From Batkoa obscura (Eukaryota), in NCBI GenBank assembly GCA_030770535.1, contig JASVEC010000001.1, positions 1,798,001 through 1,862,000 on the forward strand: a DNA stretch of 64,000 nt, given 5' to 3'. The notes under the pieces are model-generated. The model made no database searches, had not been told where the DNA came from, and saw only the letters and a list, made by a program, of their open reading frames with translations. Each line of letters opens with the position of its first letter. The first letter of the stretch is position 1. Shown one piece after another: positions 53,629 through 64,000 of the stretch. The position numbers were made by a program, and so were the translations under genes.

Positions 53629-54532
53629 ATGTTTCTTCAACGCACCAAATCAACATTACAAAGTTTAAAGCAAATAGTAAATTAATATCAAGTATAGATA
53701 AAATAAGTATTTTAACCCCTAAACTCAAGCCTATAATAACCAAAAGGATACCATTAAACCCTAATATATTATTCGTACGAGGAGAGAAGACTGATGTCAA
53801 TAGTTTAAAACAAGGTATGTTTGTTGAATATGAAAATAAATTATGGAATATATTACATAAAGAACATGCTATTTCGGGTAGAGGCTCAGCTAAGATAAAA
53901 GTAAGTTATTATTAAATTACTTTTTTAAAAATATGAATCAAATTATTTTTTGAAAACTAGCTTGAACTTTCTTTAGTTACTGGTAACTTAAAAAAAGTAG
54001 AAAGATTTAAACCTGGGGATACTTTGGACGGTAAGGAGATAAATTATAAATATTGTTAGTTATTATGATGTTCATTTTTTACATATTACAAATAGTGAAA
54101 ACAGTCAAACCTGAACTTTATCAATATTTATATTCGGATGGGGAAGAAGTACACTTATTACATCCAGAAACATATGATCAAATCTCATTACCAGAAGCAA
54201 GTTTTTCAGGCAATGAACGTGGTAAATTGTTTTTAGAAGGTAATAAAAAACATAATTATAAATCAACATTTGATAATAATGAAATTTATACAGATGGTAT
54301 GAATGTATACGTTGATTCTTTAGAAGGAGAAACTCCAATTTCTTTTCGCTTACCAGAAAATTATAAATACGAAGTAGTGTCTGTTGATATTAAAAAACAA
54401 GCTTCTAGAGGGGTATCAAATTGCCCAGCTACCCTCAAAAATGGCGTTACTTTAACTGTACCTGAATTCGTTAAACCAGGTGATTTTATTATTGTAGACT
54501 TACTTAATTTAAAGTATAAAGAAAGAGCTTAA
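53629..54532 (+). CDS. efp: Bacterial-type translation elongation factor P with a putative mitochondrial presequence; spliced
   Basis: VNSLKQGMFVEYENKLW...SGRGSA...ERFKPGD...YQYLYSDGE...PETYDQI...PATLKNGVTLTVPEFVKPGD...YKERA. Confidence 0.88.
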
Positions 54533-54805
54533 AGCAATCTTAAAAAAAAACTGTGGTGAATAAATTAGATGAACTAATATTGTTTTATTCATCATTATAA
54601 TATGTTAAAATTATGTAATAATTTTTTCAACATAACTCAACAATAATTAGTTTCAAGTTTTGATAGTACAGTAAAATATGGACCTTTAGTAATATTTAAT
54701 TTACTCCAGCATTAACTTAAAAGGTCAAAAAATAATATATATTGATTAGCTTTATATTTATTTAAAAAGCAAAGTAGTTTTTATTTTCGATAATATTTGG
54801 TAACA

Positions 54806-56192
54806 TCAGTCTTTGCAGTCGCCAATCCCACCAGGGTATATAGAATATCCTAAAAACAATTACTAATAGATTCAAATGCTTAATACTTATTATTTACTAG
54901 CTTCACTTTCTGGCATATCTGGAGAGTCATAAATCTTTACTACTCTTTCCTCTCCTTTTCCTTTTCTTAAACTTAATCTAGTAGTTGAACTAATAACGAT
55001 TATTATTTATCTATTATCTTAGTTTATTTATTTACGCATGTGCCAGAATATGACCCCCAACCGGTTTTTTGGGATCTGATGTAAACATCATAGTCGCACC
55101 AGGATCAGAAGTCATCTATTAATAATTAGATTATTTATAAAGGCATCATTTTAATAACTTGGTTTGTAATGAATACAGCAAGATTGAATTCTTCGGATAT
55201 TTTAGTTAACCTTGACAAAAAATAATTCAATTTTTGTTGTCTTTCTCCAAGTTCACCACGACCAGAAAAATCAGTTCGAAATAAGGCTATAACAGAATCA
55301 ATAATCTAATAATGTGTTATTTTGATTTTATATTTATTAACTACTAATAGCTTAAAAGATCTCTCTTCGATAAATCTTGCTACTAAATCCGACAATAAAT
55401 CTATTTGATGTTCTGAATTATAAGCTCTAGCAAAGGTTATATTATCTAAAACTGCGTCTGGATCAAGATCAAATCTTTCTGCTATTTCTTTAATCCTTTC
55501 TGGCCTAAATGTTCCTTCGGTATCAATATAAGCAGCTTTCCCACCTGCACCTCCTACTGATAATGGAAGCTGACAAGTTACACAAAGGGTGTGGGCTATT
55601 TGAGTCTTACCAGTTCTAAATTCACCAAATGCCTCAGTTATCGACATGGATTGAATACCACCTATACATTATTATAATTTGGCTCTTTACTCTAGTTATT
55701 TCATTACCCCCTAATAACACATCAAAGTCCTTACACCCAGTAGTGATCCTTAATATTGATTTTCTTTTTAACAAGAAATCTGAAGCAGATATGAAGCTAC
55801 AGTTCTAAAAAGTTAGTTGAAATTCAACCATAGTTAGTGAGCTTACAAGGATTTTAGATGCTGCTTCTTTAATTTTATCAACCTTTAGCTCAGCCAAACC
55901 TTTTATTTTACACAAGTTTCGTTTTGTTGTCATTTGAACGGCCTATCAGTGTTATATATAAAAAGATAGATAAAAAGTATTTACTTTAACTGTACATATT
56001 CCATTAGATTTTAATTTGGAAATATCTGAACTGTTAATTCCATGGGATTGTAGTTCATCTATCTCAATTAATGTGATATCCTAAGATTATGAGGATTATT
56101 TATTAAGTTAATAGTATTATTACTTCAGTTGACTGCTCCTCCTCAACCTCAAATTGAGTAGCTACACTCTTTTCTCTTTCTGAAGTTGCCAT
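54806..56192 (-). CDS. DMC1: Meiotic recombinase Dmc1, multi-exon
   Basis: [74 protein letters not shown] (DMC1 rather than RAD51 signatures). Confidence 0.93.
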
Positions 56193-57728
56193 TATATTAG
56201 TTGTTTTTTAATTATTTTATTGCTATTTATTATTACTATTAAAATGCATTTTACCAATACCCAGCTTAGGTTAGTAGCGTTATTATCAATGCCTAATATT
56301 TGTAATAAAATGCATTTTTTTAGCTATATTCTAGTTAATGGAGTTAAAAATAAGTAATTTAAAAACAAATCTAAATAGATATAATCATATATTAGATAAT
56401 AAAGGCTATTATTAGAAAGTATTCAAATAGTTATGATGCATATAAGTTGTAAGGAACCAAAGATAGCTAAAAATGAACCATAATTAATTAATCAATTGAG
56501 AATAAAATTTATTAAAATTTAATTTTTAACATGTTGCTATAAAAATAAATTTTGATATTAATTCTGCAGAAACTTTCATTTTCAAAATTAAAGCATCATT
56601 TTAATAAAATAAAATAAAATAAAGATAAACACAGTAAAACATGTGGGTTATACCGCAGCGCTAAAATAAATAAAACAGATTTATTAAAAGAGATATATAT
56701 ATTAAGAAAAGATAATGTTATCAATGAAGAAATGATCTAATAAATTGCGAAAAAGAATGCTTAAAGCGAATTGTTACTATATGATTTCATTTTTATTTTC
56801 CCAAGAAAATAAACCGAGGTATCTATTATTAAAGTTATTATTTTAATTTATTTTGATTTATTTGCTTATCTTATAAATTAAAATAACATAATACTTTAAT
56901 ATAAAATATGAGACCAACATTGAATTACATTTATATAAACTAGTATTTTAGACCCAAATTATTTTATTTTTAAAACCCTATTGACCTAAAAAGTCAAATT
57001 ACAGCTGTCAACTTAAACTAAAATAAAAATAAAAATAAAATTCAATAGGTCAATTTTGATTGGATAGAGGTTTCCAATACAAAATAATAACTTTTATGTT
57101 CTATAATACTATAGCTATGAGATCAGGATGATATAACAGTTGTCATATAACTTGTTAGTGCTTGATATAATTTATTAAACGTACGATAAGGAACTAAATA
57201 TAGTAATAGCCTAATAACATGATAAATTATTTTAATTAACGACCAAGGTTTTTTATTATACTGTCTTAAGCCTAATTTTTAGTGGAAATTTTATGGGCAA
57301 TACTTTTCAGAACCCAATAAGAAAAAAGTCAATTTTAGACTCGAGGTGGTATTCGATTTATTGGGGCGATTCGTTTTTCATATGAAGGAACTTAATTTTA
57401 TTTCATCCAATTAATTAAATTCAATATTTAATCACATTCATTTAAACCAACTTCTTATCTAATTTCTTATATCTATTTTTGGTTAAATCCCTGCTTAGTA
57501 AGATTTTTTCTTATCTCCACCCAATAATAGACTCTGTATTTCTCTAACAAGTCTTACATTATGTTTTAAACGAATTAATAGAGGAGCCTAGAAATAAGGT
57601 ATAAAAATCAGCATATCAATTGCAAAACATATATAAACAAAAGTTAAACTCCTAACAAGATTAATTTTTCAATAAATTAAATATTGATATCTTCTAGAGC
57701 GTTATTAAATAGTATTTGCAACTATTGA

Positions 57729-58366
57729 ATGGAATTAAGCCCTCAATCTGTGAAATACTATACCCTAAATCAATTATCCATATATTATACTTTTAATTCA
57801 TATCCAAGATGATCGAAGTTCCAAGACATACTCAAATGAACCAAACCATTAACAAAAACGAAGTGCCTTTTGTACCAAAGTTATTACCTCCTCTTCCTCG
57901 TGTTTCTCCAACCAACCAAGCCAATGTTGACCAAGTCTGTTTCCAATGGAACAATGGCCAAAAAGGTGTAGAACCATCCATGCTCTGTTTTGCTTCAAGT
58001 AAGGCTGAAGGAGATCAATTACGCCGTAATCCATTTTCAGGGATTTATATCAATTATCTATATGGGCAACAATCTTGCGATAAGTACCAAGAATGTAGCC
58101 AAAAGGGAAGAAAATTCCAATTCGATACTAACAGTCAAAACCATCAGTTGGATCTTGGGTATGGCTTCGAAAATATGAAGCAACATGCTGTAAAAGTTTG
58201 CCAACCTACTATTGAAACTGGTTCCAATTACTTACAAAGTTGGAATAACGGGTTTCAAGAGAAATTCATGAAAAGTTATTTTAATGCTATTAAAGAAGGG
58301 GAAGGAGTTAACTTGGCTAAAAAAATGATAAATAGCCTTAGTGCAAAGAACAAAGAGGAGGAATAA
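57729..58366 (+). CDS. Hypothetical protein, possible short first exon
   Basis: 185-aa ORF with coding-like composition; no family recognised. Confidence 0.6.
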
Positions 58367-58581
58367 TATTAATATTTAGAGTAGCATTCCTTTTAATTTA
58401 TTAAATAAATTTTATATTCTTTAATGTTTTGATTATTTTTTATTGTTTAATATTATTAATTTTTAATATCATTAAATTTGGAGGAATTCTCACTTTCACG
58501 TGATAGATCCTTAGGGTAAATTCATATTGTTATCTAATGGACATTAATATGGTTAATATTGATAATTCCTCATCTTGATAT

Positions 58582-58678
58582 GGGGATGTATTTTTGTTTA
58601 AGAATTTTACTAACAATTTTTCCGCTCAAATAGCGCTTAAAAAATAGAAAAAGTGATGAAACCAAAAAAAACATCCCC
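58582..58678. mobile_element. MITE family M
   Basis: ATAT TSD. Confidence 0.92.
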
Positions 58679-58759
58679 ATATGTAATGAATTAATGATAT
58701 ATGATAAGTCGTTATTTTATTTACTGCAAATATATAATGTAACAATATAAGACATTTTA

Positions 58760-58799
58760 ATATAGAATATAGAATATAGAATATAGAATATAGAATATA
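58760..58799. repeat. (ATATAGA)n short tandem repeat
   Basis: About five units read directly. Confidence 0.85.
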
Positions 58800-59383
58800 A
58801 GTGCAATAATATTAGGTCACTGCAGATAAATTCTATTTTTTGTTAATAATAAACTGTCATGTTTGAAGTTCATTAACTGCTATCAGTTTTATCATGTGAA
58901 CTTAATATTATCAATAGTGGCAAAAGATAAAAATGATAGTTATAAGTAATTGATAATAAAAATAATAATTTAATGCAGAAACTTTATCTGTACTAAATGT
59001 CTTTTAATTTGGTTAGTTAAATTGAACTTTAAAGTTTTAAACAGTTTGAGTTTAGTCTAAATAATTTTAATCCACACTTTAATATTTTTGTGAGGTTTTA
59101 TTTTTAAGCCTGGACCTTATTATTTTATTAATTTTATGTAAAACCTTTCTTTAATTATGTAATAAATTTTTTAGTGTCTATTTTTTTGAATGAATTATTT
59201 ATTTAAAAATTAAAAATTTATTGCTTATTAATGTATAATTAAATGCTAATAAATTATTTAAAAAAATTACTTATCAACTGTTAAAAAAAGAGTGTAGAGA
59301 CTTATTTAAAAAATGTTAAAATTTTATTTTATTAATTAGAAATATAAACAACTTAAAACATAAAACGGATGTTTAAAAAAACT

Positions 59384-60187
59384 TTACTTCTCATCCTCTT
59401 GAAAATAATTGATATCAAATCCTTTAAAGACATTGCCGAAATCCGGTTTATAATCATCGTCATGGACCTTAATATTTAAACTAGAATTAACTAAGGTATC
59501 TCTTGAAGTATTGATCGACAATCTTCGCTGCTGTTGAACATACTTTGGCAGTTCACTAATTTTTTTGCCACGAAATGAACTTTTAGGCCTATTTGGACCC
59601 AAAAAAATTTTTGGGTCTGTTTTTAGCATTTCTTCAAAACTCATCTCTTGTTCCAATTCTGACTCATCATAGCAATCAAAATTAAGCATAGAGAACGAAG
59701 TTGACATGCGCCTTGAATGGTTATTAGAAAAGGGGTTAAACAATAGCCCTTTTTTAGTTGTTTTTTTCTTTATCATTTTGTTTTTTTCGCCTTTTTCTAA
59801 TAAACTTGGACTTTTTTTTGATTTACAATGAAAGCTTTCATCCATTTTTTTATTAAATGACTTTCTGGCTATGATTATGATAATAATAATTAATACCAAC
59901 AATACCCCACCTGCTATTCCTACAATTAACCCTATCGGTGTCGATGAGCTACTGCTTGATGTTGCGCTTTTGTTCACTTGAGTTGAACTCCCTACACAAC
60001 TTACGGAAGGACATGTGTCACATGTGCGTACGGATACTATACATATCTTATCATCTGGACATTTCGGACATGTTGGGCGGGTTATTGGGCATTGTATACA
60101 CTCAGTGCTTGTCTCATTTAAATTCATTTTTTGGTCATCAGCAATTAATAAATAATTAGGTGTTATGTCTAATTTATTGTTAGACAT
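59384..60187 (-). CDS. Opy2-like single-pass membrane protein (Cys-rich ectodomain, Ser tract, TM)
   Basis: 8-Cys domain CIQCPITRPTCPKCPDDKICIVSVRTCDTCPSVSC, then TM IVGIAGGVLLVLIIIIIII. Confidence 0.72.
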   Translation of the reverse strand: MSNNKLDITPNYLLIADDQKMNLNETSTECIQCPITRPTCPKCPDDKICIVSVRTCDTCPSVSCVGSSTQVNKSATSSSSSSTPIGLIVGIAGGVLLVLIIIIIIIARKSFNKKMDESFHCKSKKSPSLLEKGEKNKMIKKKTTKKGLLFNPFSNNHSRRMSTSFSMLNFDCYDESELEQEMSFEEMLKTDPKIFLGPNRPKSSFRGKKISELPKYVQQQRRLSINTSRDTLVNSSLNIKVHDDDYKPDFGNVFKGFDINYFQEDEK

Positions 60188-61406
60188 AATTTTAAAAATG
60201 TTAATAACAATAAAAAAAAGCAAGGAAAATAAAAAGTTAAAAATTAATCTATCTCGTTTTATAAATTGACTTTATTAATAGTTGTTTATTGTACTGTATT
60301 ATACCATATTATATAATTTTTTCAGAGGTAATTTATTATTATTAAGTGTAGGTTCCCTTCCTATTTTTTTAACAGTAGAAATCATTAACCCGCTAATATT
60401 TTTACCAGTTCTAAGTTAATCAAAGTTTGACTGAATTACTCAACCTGATTGGGCTTTATTTAATAATTTTAAATAAATAAAAATATTTTAAATATTTGTA
60501 TTCGTGTTTGTATGACTTTCTTATTACCAAACCTTTGCTTTTAAATTTAATTAATTAGTTTATTATTGTTGGAATTTGAAGTTGCATTTTAATTGTTTTA
60601 TTCATTGATGAGTAATAAAAATATTAAGCAAAGGAACAGCCATTTTTAGCAATATTATGGAACTACGTTTTGTTAAATGGACTTACATATAAAGCTAAAG
60701 AAGTAAAATTATTATTAACTTTTATTTTCAAATAAATGTTTTGAATAATTTTACTTTGAGCCTCTCTTTGATATAGTTTATTAATCAGCTAATTGGTGTG
60801 TTTCTATACTGCATTTTTTTATTTGTTATAGACAAAACCATTGAATCTTCTATTAATAACAACTATCTTGATCATTTGGCTTACCCATCACCAATACTAT
60901 AAACTGGCCTTTGGAATTTAATCTAGCCCGACTCCTCTTGAAGTTTATCTCTCCAAACGATTAGTTTAGTTGATTAAGAGATTCTTCTTTGTTTAGCTAA
61001 AACTAACTTAGTTTAAATAGGGAAAGAGCTTCAAACAGATAGTTCTTTTGGCATAATACTGTAGTAACAGCATACAGCCATTCTGTCTTTTTTATTTGCT
61101 TCGTTGCTATGCCTGTTCCCTTTTGAATCTAACGACTTATAAGTATTCACTATAAGTAAAGTAGCTACAAACCTACAGAAAATATGTATTAAAATAGATA
61201 ATAAGTAAAAAATCATTTTATTAAAAAACAGTAAACCTTGCAAATAAGAAAGCAAGTACTTGAGTAAAAGAAAATATAAGTTAAGTTAAAAAAAGTAATA
61301 TAAATTAATCAAAAAGAAAAAAGTTTATCATTGGTAGTGCTTCATCAATAATATGATTAACGCTTCAAAATTACAGAAAGCATGCACTTATTATAAGCCA
61401 GTAGTT

Positions 61407-62313
61407 TTAACTGGTCTGTAAAATACCATAATTCGTGATGTTAACAAAATCAAAACCTTCTTCATTCGAGCTAACATCTTTGTCATAAAAGCCAACGGCA
61501 TTTTTAGTAGTTAAATTAGTGGTGCTCTCGTCACTTAAATACCCATCATTTTTATCGATATAAATCATATCTTTGAATGTTAGGATACTAGAACTCTTAT
61601 CACTAAAATATTCTTCTTCATCAAATCCATCTGCTTCTTTAATAGCAACATTAGCGTAATCTTCATCATCGCATTTATTATATTCACTTGAATAAACTTT
61701 ATCCTCAGTGGCGACGTCAATGCAATCTTCACCATCGAAGAAGCTATGCTCATTAGCAAAGCAGGCTACATTTTCAGAAATGATGGTAATAGAGCTATCA
61801 TCAATCATATAACCACCTTCTTCATTAGAATAAAACGTATCTTTAAACTTTAAACTAATATAAACTTTCTTGTCTAAGTGTCTAGTTTTTCTACTAAAGC
61901 GGCAAACTTTTTTAGGGGTAATGGTAGCAGAATTATCACTGCTTATGCAACCATCTCCTTCATTAAAGCAAACTGCATTCTCGATAATTATATCGATATA
62001 ATTATCATCATCTGAGAAACTAGATCCATTACTAGAATTAGTAGCGTCCTTAATAGTAATAGTAGTATACCCTTCCTCATCTAAATAGTTGTATTCCTCA
62101 CCAAAGCGAGCTGTATTTTTAACATTAATATAATCATAATCATATACATCTGAAAAACTAATTCTATTACCAAAACAAGTAGCATCCTCAGCAGTAATAT
62201 CTGCATAATCTCCAGAATCAAACTTAATTTTACTAAACTTTGGAGTTTCAATAATAGTAGAAATATATAAGTTTATTTTGTTTAAATTTGTAGCATGGAA
62301 ATCATTATCAATT
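61407..62313 (-). pseudogene. Acidic ~23-aa tandem-repeat reading frame, 5' end disrupted or spliced
   Basis: Frame open for ~300 codons, but the first ATG is at 61808; upstream in-frame TAA, then a MITE. Confidence 0.55.
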
Positions 62314-62334
62314 TAATTAACTTGACTATTATAT

Positions 62335-62432
62335 GAGGATGTATTTTTTTGTTTAATAATTTTACTAACAATTTTCCACTCAAATAGCATTTAAGAAACG
62401 GAAAAAGTGATGAAACCAAAAAAAACACTCCC
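62335..62432. mobile_element. MITE family M
   Basis: ATAT TSD. Confidence 0.88.
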
Positions 62433-62543
62433 ATATATAAGTTTTAATATAAAAATGAAGTATAATAATATTTAGATAGTCAAAATATAAACCATAAAAG
62501 TAATTTTTATAATTTAAATTATTTTGTTAAACTATTTAAAACT

Positions 62544-63020
62544 TGTGAAAGTTGGTACTCAGTGGTTGCAGTTAAAAGTAATTTTAGCTTAATTAACTGG
62601 CCGTAAGTCGAAAGGTCTTAGTTTATGTAACTAAGATAGACTTAAATTAATAGAAATACTACGTAATAAGCTACGAACTATGTAAAATAAATAGAATAGA
62701 AGACATTAATGTAAAACATGCGTAAAATATTATAAGACTTAATGGCTTTATTAAAAGTACGATATCAGGAAGTAATTCAATTATAAAGCCTCGAGTTATC
62801 ATGTTGAAGAATCTTTTTTATACACCAACTGAGTGGCTATATATAAGGAACATGATAACAGTTATTTCTTATTATAGTTGCCAAGCATGGTCATTAAAAC
62901 ACGGACAATAAGTTCTTCACGATTAAGTGGTAGGAATTCTCACAGTAAATCTAAGTAAGGAGCTTTGGGTTGATTATTATGTTATAATTAATCATAGAGC
63001 TAATGAAGCGATATTTCACA
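62544..63020 (+). mobile_element. Family L element
   Basis: TGTGAAAG...TTTCACA, AACT TSD, internal CTATATATAAG. Confidence 0.88.
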
Positions 63021-63699
63021 AACTATTAAAAGTGTAAGTTAATTTTAAAACTTTCTTATTTAAAATAATTTATGCAAGTATTATTATTTTATTTAATATG
63101 TTTTTAATTAAAGTTATGAAATTTAATATTTAAAAAAAAGGTCAAAGTTCTTCTAATTAATTGTTTATAATAAATTAAAAAAACTTAGTTTTAATAATTG
63201 AAATAAACTTATAAATAAAAAAACAATATATAATAATTAAGCAAATTATATAAAATAAATAAATAAATTATATAAATTATTAATAAATTATATAAAAATT
63301 AATAAAAAATAACATAATTAAAAATAAGACAAATTTATTAAAACTGAATGTAATAAAATTTTAAAAAAAGCTATTATATTAAAAAGTTTATTTTATATTT
63401 TATATTAAAGTGCCTTATATAAAAATACAATAATAATTACAATTTTATATTATAATTACCAAATATAAATATCAAGTTATAAAGATAATATTTTTTGTGA
63501 TTAAAAAATAAAAATTTTTACAAGAAATTTAAACAAAAACTAAATTAATTACATTAGATTTAAAAATACATTTAATTTTAATAGTAAAATCACTTAAATT
63601 TAAATAAAATTTATTATATGAGTTATAATTAATTTAAACAATTATTATAATATAATCAATCAGGAAATTAATAAAATATTATTTTATAAAATATGGCAA

Positions 63700-64000
63700 T
63701 GTGAAAGTTGATACTTAGTGGTCGAAGTTAAAAGCTACTCTTGCTTAATTAACTTGCCTTGAGTCGAAGGGTCTTAGTTTATGTAACTAAGATAGACTTA
63801 ATAGAAATAGTACGTAATAAGCTACGAATTATGTAAACAAATACAATGGAAGATACTACTGAAAAATCTATGTAAGATGTTGTCAGAAAGACTTAGTGAC
63901 TTTATTAATGATACGTTATCAGGGAGTAATCCAATTAAAAAGCCTCGAGTTATCATGTTGAAGAATCTCTTTTATACTCCAACAAGCACGGATATCAAAA
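63700..64000 (+). mobile_element. Family L element truncated by the window end
   Basis: Near-identical to the 5' part of 27535-27996. Confidence 0.88.

Noticed and set aside
60770..61255. Possible small secreted-protein gene on the minus strand
   Set aside because: Multiple stops in all frames and no recognisable homology; cannot be supported
5535..62432. MITE family M as a CRISPR array, tRNA/SINE or introner
   Set aside because: Dispersed with TSDs and no spacers; no cloverleaf or A/B boxes; no terminal AG acceptor in either orientation; no copy inside an intact exon

Overview
Very AT-rich, intron-rich eukaryotic DNA with short GT-AG introns. The gene content suggests an early-diverging fungus, possibly Zoopagomycota/Entomophthorales (inference). 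Housekeeping genes: RIO1 (3' part), IMPDH, HEM13, ABCF2/ARB1, RBM22/SLT11, ISA2, TBL1/SIF2, SPC1, VPS13, a MARVEL-like protein, a class III-like eIF4E, CRD1, a C2+lipase_3 protein, MZM1, DMC1 and an OPY2-like protein. Less expected genes: a mitochondrion-targeted bacterial-type EF-P with Arg at the modified position, an Atg31-like protein, an intronless secreted GMC oxidoreductase, a double FAR1/AFT-type zinc-finger gene with a tandem pseudogene copy, and a 23-aa tandem-repeat acidic ORF. The intergenic DNA holds an interlocked mobile-element system that the ORF track does not show. (i) A ~98-bp MITE with about 18 copies, GGGG...CCCC ends and 4-bp TSDs that are mostly ATAT. (ii) A ~3-kb decayed Sola2-like DNA transposon at 33626-36615 that shares the terminal motif and the ATAT TSD. 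(iii) A ~460-550-bp TGTGAAA...TTTCACA element with 7 copies, variable 4-bp TSDs and mosaic internal modules, resembling solo LTRs; one copy is a self-rearranged composite with perfect 118-bp inverted ends. All calls come from reading the sequence by eye; no searches were run.
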